A DNA stretch of 64,000 nucleotides from Nitrospira sp. (GCA_016873455.1 VGXE01000007.1:1281-65280); one strand, 5' to 3'; counted from the stretch's first letter, positions 18,655-28,947 are shown. The notes: a model not told the origin generated them from the letters alone. Numbers and translations: made by a program.

Positions 18655-18798
18655 TCACTCGCTCCGCCACCCGCATTCACACACCCACGGACTCATCGGA
18701 TCCATTTCTTGAAGCACTCGCCCGCAGGCAGGGCACTGGCGAGTCCACGCGTACCGGCCATTGTGATCCAATTGCCATCGGTGTAAGACGGTCTGCAT
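18655..18798 (-). CDS. Candidate 47-aa zinc-ribbon mini-protein
   Basis: MQTVLHRWQLDHNGRYAWTRQCPACGRVLQEMDPMSPWVCECGWRSE has CPAC...CEC pairs and ends 27 nt before the next mini-ORF. The SD (GAGG) abuts the ATG, so support is weak. Confidence 0.2.
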   Translation of the reverse strand: MQTVLHRWQLDHNGRYAWTRQCPACGRVLQEMDPMSPWVCECGWRSE

Positions 18799-19115
18799 CC
18801 TCTGTCGGCGGATTACTCTCACAAGTAAATCCTTGTTAGATTTTACATCATCGAATCTAGATCATCACTGGACCAAGGTCTATGCAGCTTTGGCGGGGGT
18901 TCTAGGGACACAAAGGATGTGGCGCAAGAAGCCCCCATTTGTAACCTATTGATTATGCAATGATCTTAATGGTGACACACTGAAGAGCGGCTGCGCCTGG
19001 TGAGGCGGCGGTACGAGCGAGAAGATCCTGACAGGATCACTGGTGGCGTCTATCCGCGGGCTCAATAACGGAGAGGCTACGCCTAAATAGCCCGCGGCAC
19101 ACACGAAGTGCGGTG

Positions 19116-19192
<77 letters not shown>

Positions 19193-19244
19193 ACAGGGCT
19201 ACATGAATCATGGACTGCGGAAGCTTGTCAAGGATACGAGACCG

Positions 19245-19745
19245 CTAGAGACGGGCAAGAATTTCGTCCGCGATCTGCACGACCGACCGCCCATCGGTCG
19301 AGATGACATGATCCGCCGCGGCCTCATACTTCGGGGTCCGGTCGCGCAGAACGTCTTGCACTTCGTCGACAAACGACTTGGTTCCCGTAAGGGACGGACG
19401 TTGAGTGTCCCGGCCGATGCGTTTCATAATCGTGTCAACCGACGCGGTCAGCCAAAACACGCTGCCGTGATGTTTCAATCGCTCGACGTTCTCCGCCCGC
19501 AGGATCGCCCCGCCGCCCGTGTCGATCACCAACCCCTCGCCGCCTGAGAGATCCCGACACACTTGCGACTCCAGATCACGAAAGTACTCCCATCCGTGCT
19601 GGGCCACGATCTCCGGAATACCATGTCCGGCCCGTTTCACGATCTCCGCGTCTGTGGATACCAGAGTCCGGCCGAGACGTGCCGCGACGATTTTCCCGAC
19701 GGTACTCTTCCCGGTCCCACGATACCCGATGAGCACGACATTCAT
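19245..19745 (-). CDS. aroK: Shikimate kinase
   Basis: 166 aa, P-loop GYRGTGKST, DTGGG motif. Overlaps aroE by 4 nt. Confidence 0.92.
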   Translation of the reverse strand: MNVVLIGYRGTGKSTVGKIVAARLGRTLVSTDAEIVKRAGHGIPEIVAQHGWEYFRDLESQVCRDLSGGEGLVIDTGGGAILRAENVERLKHHGSVFWLTASVDTIMKRIGRDTQRPSLTGTKSFVDEVQDVLRDRTPKYEAAADHVISTDGRSVVQIADEILARL

Positions 19746-20596
19746 TGGAAGCGGGACTCCAGTACCACGCGCATCACATCAACCGGAGCGGATTGGTTTG
19801 TCCAGAGTTCGAACTGCGTGACCGCCTGATTGAGAAACATCTCAAGGCCAGGAATCGTCTTACACCCGGCGCGCTTGGCCTCCGTGAGTAATCGGGTCTC
19901 CCTGGGATTGTAGACAATGTCCATGACGGCAAGCCCTGGGTGGAGCAGCGAGGCCGGCACGCAGGAGGCATCGGCCTTTGGAGACATGCCGACAGGCGTA
20001 CAGTGAATCAGGATCTGCGCGTCAGGGACTGTCCGGCCAAGCGTGCTGTCGTCGAGACACGCATCCTCAATGGCCACGTTCGTCTTGGACCGGAGATCGC
20101 TGGCCAACGCCGTACGCTCCCTGTCGTCAACACCGAGCAAGATCAGCTTGTCCGCTCCGGACTCCGCCGCCAGGGCGAAGGCGATGGCACGCGCGGCACC
20201 GCCGGACCCCAGCAGAACAATGCGCCGCCCTTCGAGAACGACTCCACCCTCCTTCAACGCGCGCAAGGAGCCGGTCGCGTCCGTGTTGTAGCCGATCAGC
20301 CGACCGTTCTCGGCCACGATGGTATTGATCGCGCCGATGTGACGCGCGGTCGGCTCCACATCGTCCAGAAACGGGACGGCTGAAACCTTGTGCGGAATGG
20401 TGACACTGGCGCCGCGAAAGTTCCCAAGAGCGCGGAGTCCCTTGATTGCGTCACCGATCGTGTCTACTTTCCAGGCCAGATAGACATAGTTGAGGCCGAG
20501 TTTCCGGAAGGCGGCGTTATGAATCGCCGGAGACAACGAATGTTCAACGGGATTGCCGATGACGCCGCAAAACTGAGTCTGAACGCTGAGTTCCAT
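19742..20596 (-). CDS. aroE: Shikimate dehydrogenase
   Basis: SLSPAIHNAAF, GASVTIPHK and GSGGAARA NADP-binding motifs. Confidence 0.92.
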   Translation of the reverse strand: MELSVQTQFCGVIGNPVEHSLSPAIHNAAFRKLGLNYVYLAWKVDTIGDAIKGLRALGNFRGASVTIPHKVSAVPFLDDVEPTARHIGAINTIVAENGRLIGYNTDATGSLRALKEGGVVLEGRRIVLLGSGGAARAIAFALAAESGADKLILLGVDDRERTALASDLRSKTNVAIEDACLDDSTLGRTVPDAQILIHCTPVGMSPKADASCVPASLLHPGLAVMDIVYNPRETRLLTEAKRAGCKTIPGLEMFLNQAVTQFELWTNQSAPVDVMRVVLESRFQ

Positions 20597-20635
20597 GATA
20601 TTGATTGAATGGTTAGGCGTTGCCGACAGAGGAAC

Positions 20636-21391
20636 TTACCACACCGTCATGCCGCCATCGATCGTGAACGTGCCCCCCGTCACCCACACCGCCTCATCGG
20701 AAGCCAGATACAGCACCATGTCAGCCACTTCCTCAGGCTTGCCCGGCCGGCGAATTGGGTAGTGGGCAAGAATGGGATCGAGTTGCTCCGGATTGGCCAT
20801 CAGCGGCGCGGCCATCGGTGTGGCAATCAGCCCGGGATTGACTACGTTACATCGGATACCGTCTTTCGCGTAGTCGATGGCGATGGCACGAGTCAGTGCG
20901 TCCAGCGCGCCTTTCGAGGCCGCATACACAGACAAGCAGGGAATACCGACCAGGCTCGCGATCGACGAAATATTGACGATCGCGCCACGCCCTCGCTTCA
21001 GCATCTCCGGAACCGCCGCCCGGGTCATGCGAAATACGCCGGTCAGATTGACATCCAACACACGGGCCCAGGTTGCATCATCCAGTTCATGAAGCCGGCG
21101 GCCGAACTCACCGACCCCCGCATTGTTGACAAGGATATCCACCGCACCGAATTGCCGAATGACCTCGGCCACTGCCGCCCGCGCATGGCCGTCGTCCGTC
21201 ACAGAGCCGGCAATTGCAATGACCCGGCCATTGTGTGGCCCAATCTCACGAACGACGCGGTCCAGCTCTTCAGGGCGCCGGCCGGTAATCGCCACAGCCG
21301 CCCCTTCTCGAACAAAGGTCTTGGCAATCGCCTCGCCGATCCCCGCGTTGCCTCCGGTCACGAGTGCCACTTTTCCCGCCAACCGGTTCAT
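20636..21391 (-). CDS. SDR family oxidoreductase
   Basis: TGGNAGIG cofactor motif, NNAG, catalytic YAASK. Confidence 0.88.
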   Translation of the reverse strand: MNRLAGKVALVTGGNAGIGEAIAKTFVREGAAVAITGRRPEELDRVVREIGPHNGRVIAIAGSVTDDGHARAAVAEVIRQFGAVDILVNNAGVGEFGRRLHELDDATWARVLDVNLTGVFRMTRAAVPEMLKRGRGAIVNISSIASLVGIPCLSVYAASKGALDALTRAIAIDYAKDGIRCNVVNPGLIATPMAAPLMANPEQLDPILAHYPIRRPGKPEEVADMVLYLASDEAVWVTGGTFTIDGGMTVW

Positions 21392-22275
21392 CGCTCCTGC
21401 GCCTCCGTCTCCTCAACCACCGACGTGTCGTTCAACTCTTCGGTCGCACGCCCCTGCCCACTCGTCTCGGTGACAAAGTTGGGGTCAACTTTTCTTGCCA
21501 CCGTAATAAAGCCCGAGTGGGCGACCATTCGGTGATCAGGCCGCACGCTCCGGCCTTGAACCGACCACGTGCGCAACAACGTTTCAAATGTCTCCACCAT
21601 GGCGAACATCGCCGTTCGCTCAAGAGCCTCGACCGTTTGGGTGACTTGGGGAACTGTGGGAACGAAACTCAAATAGATCCCGCCAGACCGCAGGGCCGTG
21701 GCCGCATGAGGAATCACCTGCCACGGTTCGGGAAGATCAAGCACCACTCGGTCAAACGGAATGCCATCATCCAGCAGCGCAATACCCTCGTAGGCACTCC
21801 GGCGCAACGGTAGCAAGTTGGGCATCGGTCCCATGTACCGATCGATATTCAGCAAGGCGGTCCGGGCAAAATCATCCCGCATTTCATAGGTCACCACCAA
21901 GCCTTTCGGCCCCACTGCCCGCAAGAGCGCCATCGTCAATGCGCCAGAACCAGTTCCCGCTTCAAATACCCGTGCGCCGGGATAGACGTCCGCCCACATG
22001 GGAATGAGCGCCAGATCTTTCGGATAAAGCACTTGCGCGCCGCGCGGCATCTTGAGCACGTAGTCACCGAACGTGGGGCGGAGGGCCAGCATCTTCTTGC
22101 CGCCGGACAATGTCACCAGCGTTCCGTCAGACCGCCCGATGAGCGCATCGTGCGCGATGGTCTGGCCGCTAAATTGATAGGTTTCTCCGGCCTTCAGTGT
22201 CAGGGCGTACTGCCGCCCCTTCTTATCGACAAGGTGAATCCGTTCGCCGTTGGAGAGCTTCGACATGGCGGGCAT
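21388..22275 (-). CDS. trmI: tRNA (adenine-N1)-methyltransferase TrmI/GCD14 family
   Basis: N-terminal beta-barrel segment, SAM motif VFEAGTGSGALT, acidic C-terminal tail. Confidence 0.82.
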   Translation of the reverse strand: MPAMSKLSNGERIHLVDKKGRQYALTLKAGETYQFSGQTIAHDALIGRSDGTLVTLSGGKKMLALRPTFGDYVLKMPRGAQVLYPKDLALIPMWADVYPGARVFEAGTGSGALTMALLRAVGPKGLVVTYEMRDDFARTALLNIDRYMGPMPNLLPLRRSAYEGIALLDDGIPFDRVVLDLPEPWQVIPHAATALRSGGIYLSFVPTVPQVTQTVEALERTAMFAMVETFETLLRTWSVQGRSVRPDHRMVAHSGFITVARKVDPNFVTETSGQGRATEELNDTSVVEETEAQER

Positions 22276-22695
22276 TCTAGGGGGTTCGTTCGATCGTTTG
22301 CAACCAACAGGCTTGGCTCACTTCACAGGGGAACGGATGATCTCTTGCGTCCCCATGATTCAGTGCGCGTCCCCTGCAGGGAGCTGCTGATGCGTGGGCC
22401 GCTGCTGAGAAATGGCGCAGAGGATCATCAGAGGAATGCGACCGCTCCGACGGAAGAAAAGAGTGAGGCGATTCGGCATCGGAGTGTAGGCAATCCCGCA
22501 TAGTTGCCGCACATTTGCAACAGCATCTCCTCACTCTCCTCATTAAGCATCTCTAATAGTTCTGTATTTTCCATGGGATTTTCCTGGCTCATTCTCATCT
22601 TCAATTCAGCATCCCTTTTGCTTCGTAGTATCACTGAGAACGGTGCGAGTCGGTTGAATCCTCGTCGCGTGATAGGACTCTAACGAGGTACATCG

Positions 22696-23967
22696 ATGCA
22701 TAACCAAGAACCGAGAGGTGATGCCATGCATGACGAAGAACTGCAGACGGTGGACAGCGTACAGAATCAAGAGCCCGCCGCGGTTGAGAGAGACGCCGAC
22801 GATCCGCAAGCAAGCGTCCTGATGGAAGCGATCGGCCGCGGAGAAACAGAAAAGCCCGCGCCGGCCCTGCGAACCAGTCGCGGCGCCAGCCCATTTCTCT
22901 TGGAATCATTGTACTTCCGGTCATTCGGCGAACGGGCACTCTTGACTCGCGAAGAAGAAATCACGATCGCCAAGCGTGTCGATCAGGGCACCAGACGCAT
23001 CCGTGTCGCCTTGCACCAGGCCGTCAAAACGCTGGGCCGCACGAAACGCACACCGACTGCGCTGGACACGATCAAGACACTCCAGACGGTCAAGCGCCTA
23101 AGCGGACTGTCCGCCACGGCGCTGAACGGCGCGGAGCAGGCGTTGCTTGGGATCCTGAATCCGGCGGTTCGTGACATGAAACCAGCCGCGGCGATAGAAA
23201 AGCGGCTCAAGGTGTTGATCGAAGAGCTCCGAGCTGCACGGACGCTTCTCGAGCAGGGCAAAGATGAACTCGTACGCTGCAACCTGCGCCTGGTCGTCGA
23301 TGTCGCCAAACACTACACCGGTCGGGGGTTGGCTCTGCTGGACCTGGTTCAAGAAGGCAACATCGGCCTGATGAAGGCCGCCGAGCGCTATCAATATCGA
23401 AAGGGGTTCAAGTTCAGCACCTATGCCACATGGTGGATCAGGCAGGGCATCACGCGAGCGCTTGCGGATCAGTCCAGAACCATCCGCATTCCAGTCCACC
23501 AAACCGAAGCATCACATCGGATTCTTCGGGTCACGCGAAGATTGGGGCAGCAGTTCGGTCGGCCGGCCAAGCTGGACGAAATTGCGCACGTACTCCGTAT
23601 GAGGCCTGAGCGGCTTCATGAAACGGTGCAGGCGTTCCAGGAGCCGGTGGCACTGGAAACACCGATCGGGGACGGAACGACTCATTTCGGAGACATGATT
23701 CCCGATCACTTGGCCGTTCCTCCCGACACCCACGTGCACCGAACCGAGATGACCAAACAATTGGACCGAATCCTCAACACCCTCACACCGAGAGAGCAAA
23801 CCGTAATTCGCCTTCGGTTCGGGATCGGCTACGAGGAAGGTCGCACATTGGAGCAAGTCGGCGAGAACCTCTCCGTCACGCGTGAACGCATCCGCCAAAT
23901 CGAAGCCAAAGCGCTCAAGAAACTCAAGACTCCGGAGATACGAGAGCTCTTCGCCGCCATCAGGTAA
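22696..23967 (+). CDS. RNA polymerase sigma factor, sigma-70 family (RpoD/RpoS-like group)
   Basis: Region 2 (DLVQEGNIGLMKAAERY, FSTYATWWIRQGITRA), region 3, and region 4.2 HTH (LEQVGENLSVTRERIRQIE). Confidence 0.9.
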   Translation: MHNQEPRGDAMHDEELQTVDSVQNQEPAAVERDADDPQASVLMEAIGRGETEKPAPALRTSRGASPFLLESLYFRSFGERALLTREEEITIAKRVDQGTRRIRVALHQAVKTLGRTKRTPTALDTIKTLQTVKRLSGLSATALNGAEQALLGILNPAVRDMKPAAAIEKRLKVLIEELRAARTLLEQGKDELVRCNLRLVVDVAKHYTGRGLALLDLVQEGNIGLMKAAERYQYRKGFKFSTYATWWIRQGITRALADQSRTIRIPVHQTEASHRILRVTRRLGQQFGRPAKLDEIAHVLRMRPERLHETVQAFQEPVALETPIGDGTTHFGDMIPDHLAVPPDTHVHRTEMTKQLDRILNTLTPREQTVIRLRFGIGYEEGRTLEQVGENLSVTRERIRQIEAKALKKLKTPEIRELFAAIR

Positions 23968-23978
23968 ATTCTTCCCAT

Positions 23979-24008
23979 CAGGGGGGAGGGCGCACGCGCT
24001 CCCCCCTG
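23979..24008 (+). terminator. GC-rich hairpin after the sigma factor gene
   Basis: CAGGGGGGAG / CTCCCCCCTG form a perfect 10-bp stem with a 10-nt loop, 12 nt after the stop. No clean U-tract. Confidence 0.45.
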
Positions 24009-24095
24009 TTCACGTCTTCCCCCCACACGGTCGGTTATGCGACAATGCGCGCCCGTACGGATGCAGAAGGTGAGTGCGTGAGTTGCTCCGGAACC

Positions 24096-24866
24096 ATGAA
24101 ATCCCCCATGGAGACATCAACCCCTGTGGTTCACCATTCCTCGGATGGTGTGGTACTCACATTCTCCAAACCGATGCCCTACCCCACTGTCTGGGAGTTA
24201 CAATCCCGGTTCCATCGGGAACGGCAACTGGGCCTGAGGCCGGACACGATCCTGATCCTCGAGCATCAACCGGTCTATACGCTGGGACGCACCACCAAGC
24301 TCACAGATTGGGGTGGCAACGAAGCGGCGCTGCGCGCGAACGGCGCAGACCTGTGTCGCGTGAATCGAGGAGGGTCCGTCACCTACCATGGCCCTGGACA
24401 AATCGTGGCGTATCCGATCATCAGACTGAACCAGCATGCGACTGGCCCCAGACAATTGGTCTGGCAGCTCGAAGAGGTCATCATTCGCCTCCTCGCACAA
24501 TGGAACATCACCGGGCACCGGATCGACAAAAAGCCGGGAGTTTGGGTCATGACACCCACACCGGCAAAAATCGCCTCCATCGGCCTCCGAATCCAACAAG
24601 GCATCACGTTGCATGGATTTGCCCTCAACGTCGATATGGACCTTGAGCCCTTTCAACGGATTCATCCCTGTGGATTGCCCCACTGTCCAGTAACCTCGAT
24701 GGCAACCCTCCTCCGCACAGAAATCTCGATGGATACGATCAAGAGCGATCTTGCCGACATCGTGAGCAGAATGTTTGCCATTGAGTGGACACTCGCAGCC
24801 GGCACATTGGACGGAGGCGTGACCGATGCCGGGAACTCGACACCGAGGGACTCATCCATCCCGTAA
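24096..24866 (+). CDS. lipB: Lipoyl(octanoyl) transferase
   Basis: NRGGSVTYHGPGQIVAYP and KIASIGLRI signatures. Start uncertain: ORF-track start is 24045, with ATGs at 24096 and 24108. Confidence 0.88.
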   Translation: MKSPMETSTPVVHHSSDGVVLTFSKPMPYPTVWELQSRFHRERQLGLRPDTILILEHQPVYTLGRTTKLTDWGGNEAALRANGADLCRVNRGGSVTYHGPGQIVAYPIIRLNQHATGPRQLVWQLEEVIIRLLAQWNITGHRIDKKPGVWVMTPTPAKIASIGLRIQQGITLHGFALNVDMDLEPFQRIHPCGLPHCPVTSMATLLRTEISMDTIKSDLADIVSRMFAIEWTLAAGTLDGGVTDAGNSTPRDSSIP

Positions 24867-24880
24867 CGTTACGAGGGGCC

Positions 24881-26137
24881 ATGCAGGAACTCGACACCCA
24901 CACGTTTCGCCTGGCGGTTGCCCAGTTCGATCAAGCCGCCGAATCCATGAAGTTGGACCCCAATCTTCGGGAACGGCTGAAACTGCCCCAACGTTCGATG
25001 GTGGTCAGCCTGCCGGTGCGCATGGACGACGGACGAGTCGAAGTCTTTACCGGCTATCGTGTGCAGCATGACTCGGCGCGCGGTCCCTGCAAAGGCGGGA
25101 TCCGATACCATCCCGATGTGAACCTCGGGGAAGTTGCGGCGCTGGCGATGTGGATGACATGGAAATGCGCCCTAGCCGGCTTGCCCTATGGAGGAGCCAA
25201 AGGGGGCATCCAAGTCGCCCCCAAGAAACTCTCCCATGCTGAGCTGCAACGGCTCACAAGACGGTACGCCGCAGAAATTTACCCGCTCATCGGGCCGGAC
25301 AAGGATGTCCCGGCTCCGGACGTGGGAACGGATGCGCAGGTCATGTCGTGGATCATGGACACCTACAGTCAACAGGTGGGCTATGCCGTCCCCGGCGTGG
25401 TGACCGGCAAACCCCTGTCCCTTGGCGGCAGCTTGGGCCGTGAAGAAGCGACGGGACGCGGAGTCGTCTATGTGACACTGGAAGCCCTCCGCCATCTGAA
25501 CCTCTCCATCGAACAGGCCACTGTGGCCATCCAAGGATTTGGAAACGTCGGCTCGCACACCGCACTCATCATGCAACAACAGGGTGCTCGCGTGATCGCC
25601 GTCAGCGATGTCACTGGAGGCATTTATAACGCCAACGGACTGGACGTGCCCGAACTCATCCGGCGATACCGCGACAGAGGCCAGGCGCTGCGCGACACGA
25701 AGTTGGGGGACGCGATCACGAACGACGAGCTGCTGCAGCTGGAGTGTACGGTGCTCGTCCCAGCCGCACTGTCCGAGCAGATCACCGAGAAGAACGCGGC
25801 ACGGCTGCGCTGTCGCATTCTCGCCGAAGGGGCCAACGGCCCCACGACACTCGATGCCGATCGCATTCTCGAAGAACAGGGCGTCTTTATTATTCCGGAC
25901 ATTCTGGCAAATTCCGGGGGCGTCATCGTGTCATATTTCGAGTGGGTCCAGGACCTTCAGCGGTTCTTCTGGAACGCCACAGACATCCAGCGCCGGCTCC
26001 AAGACATCATTACGTCCGCGTTCCAGCGCACCTTGCACATGTCAACGGAACGCCGAACATCGATGCGCATGGCCGCGCTCATGAGCGGGATCGATCAAGT
26101 GGCCCAAGCCCATCTCCAGCGCGGGCTGTATCCCTGA
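24881..26137 (+). CDS. gdhA: Glu/Leu/Phe/Val dehydrogenase (glutamate dehydrogenase)
   Basis: Catalytic CKGGIRYH lysine motif and GFGNVG dinucleotide fold. ATG 24881 lies just after the lipB stop. Confidence 0.9.
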   Translation: MQELDTHTFRLAVAQFDQAAESMKLDPNLRERLKLPQRSMVVSLPVRMDDGRVEVFTGYRVQHDSARGPCKGGIRYHPDVNLGEVAALAMWMTWKCALAGLPYGGAKGGIQVAPKKLSHAELQRLTRRYAAEIYPLIGPDKDVPAPDVGTDAQVMSWIMDTYSQQVGYAVPGVVTGKPLSLGGSLGREEATGRGVVYVTLEALRHLNLSIEQATVAIQGFGNVGSHTALIMQQQGARVIAVSDVTGGIYNANGLDVPELIRRYRDRGQALRDTKLGDAITNDELLQLECTVLVPAALSEQITEKNAARLRCRILAEGANGPTTLDADRILEEQGVFIIPDILANSGGVIVSYFEWVQDLQRFFWNATDIQRRLQDIITSAFQRTLHMSTERRTSMRMAALMSGIDQVAQAHLQRGLYP

Positions 26138-26182
26138 TCGTGCGCCACATCGACCGGCGCGGAACGGGCCCCGGAGCAGATA

Positions 26183-26476
26183 ATGACCAGACAATCGATC
26201 GAAACGGCATGGGACCAGCATCGCGGAAACGACTGGCCTCAATTTACCAGCTCGCACCAAGGTCATTTGATGACCCTCGATACGGTCATTAGCGGCTGTG
26301 TCGTCTATTATCTCGATACTCCCGAGGGCCTCGATCGGCAACGTGTCGCGATTGTGGAAGATTGCGTGAAGGACTTGGATGACTTGACCGGAGATTTGGA
26401 TGACGATTCGCAGGCCTATTTTCTTCGCCTTCGCCGGCTCGGTGAGATGCTGCTCGCCACGGCGCCTCAAGAATAA
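26183..26476 (+). CDS. Hypothetical protein, acidic C-terminal half
   Basis: 97-aa ORF with GGAG 6 nt upstream of the ATG. No family recognised. Confidence 0.4.
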   Translation: MTRQSIETAWDQHRGNDWPQFTSSHQGHLMTLDTVISGCVVYYLDTPEGLDRQRVAIVEDCVKDLDDLTGDLDDDSQAYFLRLRRLGEMLLATAPQE

Positions 26477-26558
26477 CCACGATCCAGTCCGCAAGGCATT
26501 CTCCATTTACACACCCGAGACAAAACGATTGAGGCCACGGAATAGAGGAGTCATACAT

Positions 26559-27098
26559 ATGGAACTGAAGAATCATTGCGCGATCTGGGCAGTGGCATGG
26601 GGCCTCGCGGGGGCGCTCACCGGACCTCCTTCTGCCCTCTACGCCGAGCCGTATGAGCTGAGCAAGAGCGACGTCATGGAACCCAAAGCGATCGCAAGCG
26701 TCGAGGTATCGCTCTTCGGCGTCAAACTCGGCGACTCGGAAGCCCATGCCGTTGAGTTGCTGGTAAATGAAAAGATCGCCGGCGTCAAAGCTGAACAGGA
26801 ATCAACCTTTATCTTTCTACTCGACCAGCGAAAGCCCACCGGCCCCATGGCCGGCGTGCGGATCCAAGACGGCAAGGTCGATCTGATCTTCATCAACAAT
26901 CGATTTGCGTACAAGGCCAGAGGCGTCTTCCGTAACGTACTCAACAGCGAAAGTCCCGACGAGATCCGCAAGCTGTTGGGCAAGGAAGAGTACGGGGATG
27001 AAAACGTGATGGGCGCCGTGCTGGCCTACGACAAACAGGGGTTTCAGGTGAACTATCTGGGCAAGGACGTCAATATCGAGTTCGCTCCGCCGCGGTAA
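26559..27098 (+). CDS. Hypothetical secreted protein
   Basis: GAGGAG sits 8 nt upstream of ATG 26559. Signal peptide MELKNHCAIWAVAWGLAGALTGPPSALYA. No family recognised. Confidence 0.5.
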   Translation: MELKNHCAIWAVAWGLAGALTGPPSALYAEPYELSKSDVMEPKAIASVEVSLFGVKLGDSEAHAVELLVNEKIAGVKAEQESTFIFLLDQRKPTGPMAGVRIQDGKVDLIFINNRFAYKARGVFRNVLNSESPDEIRKLLGKEEYGDENVMGAVLAYDKQGFQVNYLGKDVNIEFAPPR

Positions 27099-27121
27099 GT
27101 CACCTCCCGCCTCGTGTTCGG

Positions 27122-27149
27122 CGACTCCATCCCCTTGGATGGAGTCGCT
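27122..27149. terminator. Perfect 12-bp hairpin between convergent genes
   Basis: GCGACTCCATCC-CCTT-GGATGGAGTCGC. No U-tract on either strand, so terminator function is inferred only. Confidence 0.4.
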
Positions 27150-27171
27150 CAAACGTACAGCGTTCTGTTGT

Positions 27172-27555
27172 TCAGTGCATCTTGCTGCTCGGTGCGGACA
27201 CGCCGGGCTTGTCCCCGACTCCCGCTTTCGCATGTCCTTTCGCGCTGATTCGTTCACGAATCTTGTCATAGGTGCTATGGGAGAGGACCTTGCGCGCTTT
27301 CAAATCGTCAACAGACGCATACGGCCTGCCCTCCACAATCTTCTTGGCGTAGGCGGTTCCAATACCTGGCAGTGACTTCAGATCCGTGAGCGTCGCCGAA
27401 TTGATGTCGATCAATTTCGAATCGACGCTGCCTGCGCCCCCAGCCTTCACGGCTTCCGAGTGGGGCAGTGGACTCGGCATCGTGCCGGCTGTAGCGGTGG
27501 ACCCTAGCGCGAGCAGAGCGATTGAAAGGATCAGAAATTTGGCAGAATACGTCAT
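27172..27555 (-). CDS. ComEA-like helix-hairpin-helix DNA-binding protein
   Basis: Signal peptide plus IDINSATLTDLKSLPGIGTAYAKKIVEGRPY HhH motif. GAGGAGG lies 6 nt upstream of ATG 27555. Confidence 0.8.
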   Translation of the reverse strand: MTYSAKFLILSIALLALGSTATAGTMPSPLPHSEAVKAGGAGSVDSKLIDINSATLTDLKSLPGIGTAYAKKIVEGRPYASVDDLKARKVLSHSTYDKIRERISAKGHAKAGVGDKPGVSAPSSKMH

Positions 27556-27805
27556 GGCATACCTCCTCAATGGTAAGTCCCGTTGGACAGTTGTATGGAT
27601 TCCAACCGTGCGCCTCGGTTGGAATTGATCGGTTTATGCCGGCATCGGGCTTATTGCGAGATTCGTTCCACTATCGAATGGAAGAAATACCAATGATTGA
27701 CCCCTGCGGGTGAACCAAGTCGTATCTCGCGGGAGAATGCTCGTATCGGGAGGGATACAGCCAAGGATCTGGGACTATACGGATCGCGGAAGAAAATAGA
27801 ACCGG

Positions 27806-28762
27806 CTACTGTACTGGTACTGGCTCGCTGACTCGCAAGCCGTAGCTGATGAGGCTTTGGGCGATGTTCCAGCGGCGGTTGGAATTGAGAATGACCAGCA
27901 GGAGATCACTGCCGTTTTGAGAGACCTTGGCAATGAGACAACGACCGGCTTTCGAGGTGAATCCGGTTTTGACCCCTTCGACCCCGGGAATGCGGCCCAG
28001 CAGGCGATTGGTGGTATGCAGGAGGTAGGGACGGTGACCGCTGACTGGCATGATCAGGTCCCGCTCTTCCCGCACGAGCTCACGGAAGACCGGATTCTGC
28101 ATCGCGACTTCACTGAGCTTGGCAAGATCCTCCGCCGTCGAATAGTGCTCCGGGCCATCGAATCCACACCCGTTGCTGAAATGCGTATCGGTCAGCCCCA
28201 GCTGTGCCACCTTGGCATTCATCATCTCTACGAATTGTTCTTCCGTGCCTCCGACATGCTCGACCGCGGCCAAACACGCGTCATTGGCGGAGACGATCAA
28301 CATGGCTTTCAAGAGGTCATCCAGCCGAAATACCTCACCCGTTCGCAGCCGGAGGTGCGTCTTTGGCGCACGCGCGGCGTTCTTGCTAACCGTCGCATGC
28401 TCGTCCAGCCGCCCATGCTCGAGAATGACCAACGCCGACATAATCTTGGTCAAACTGGCCGGAGACAGTCTCTTTTCGGACTCATGTTGATAAAGCACCC
28501 GTCCAGACCTGAGCTCTTTTAATAGCACGCTGTTCGCCGGAACTTTTTTCCAAGGGAAATCCTGTTGGGATGAGCTGACGGAATGGATTGACGCTCTGTG
28601 ATGACGACGGTCCTTGGCGGATACCACATCCGGAAGCATCGTGATCAGGCACAAGGACAGCGCAACTCCGAGGCCCACGACGCCAATGGCCTGCCGTCGC
28701 TTTCGAGTGCCTCGGTCGTATTGAATCCCATCCTGGTGCGCAACCATGATCCAACCTTTCAC
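27806..28762 (-). CDS. D-alanyl-D-alanine carboxypeptidase (peptidase S11, low-MW PBP)
   Basis: All three PBP boxes are present: SLTK (SxxK), SAND (SxN), KTGFT (KTG). N-terminal TM/signal. GTG 28762 overlaps the upstream stop; alternative ATG at 28747. Confidence 0.88.
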   Translation of the reverse strand: MKGWIMVAHQDGIQYDRGTRKRRQAIGVVGLGVALSLCLITMLPDVVSAKDRRHHRASIHSVSSSQQDFPWKKVPANSVLLKELRSGRVLYQHESEKRLSPASLTKIMSALVILEHGRLDEHATVSKNAARAPKTHLRLRTGEVFRLDDLLKAMLIVSANDACLAAVEHVGGTEEQFVEMMNAKVAQLGLTDTHFSNGCGFDGPEHYSTAEDLAKLSEVAMQNPVFRELVREERDLIMPVSGHRPYLLHTTNRLLGRIPGVEGVKTGFTSKAGRCLIAKVSQNGSDLLLVILNSNRRWNIAQSLISYGLRVSEPVPVQ

Positions 28763-28947
28763 AGTGAATAGGTCTCTCGGACCTTTCCGCCCTTCAATCC
28801 GCTATCGATGACCTTGTGAAAGAATCGAAGGAGATCGGCCAGATCGATCCAGAACCCACAGTTGAGACAGCGGGCGTGGATCCTCCGGTTGAGGAGGGTA
28901 TAGTGCCGCTCGACCAGCATGAATCCCTTGCACCTGAGGCATTGCAT
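28759..28947 (-). CDS. Small zinc-ribbon protein
   Basis: 62 aa with CLRC...CLNC cysteine pairs. Its stop overlaps the carboxypeptidase GTG (GTGA). Confidence 0.5.
   Translation of the reverse strand: MQCLRCKGFMLVERHYTLLNRRIHARCLNCGFWIDLADLLRFFHKVIDSGLKGGKVRETYSL

Noticed and set aside
22428-22634. 68-aa minus-strand ORF (MRMSQENPMENTELLEMLNEESEEMLLQMC...) in the trmI/sigma-factor divergent region
   Set aside because: It lies in an A/T-rich promoter-like stretch, has no convincing SD and no recognisable family. It could be a small acidic protein, but the evidence is too thin to list as a feature.
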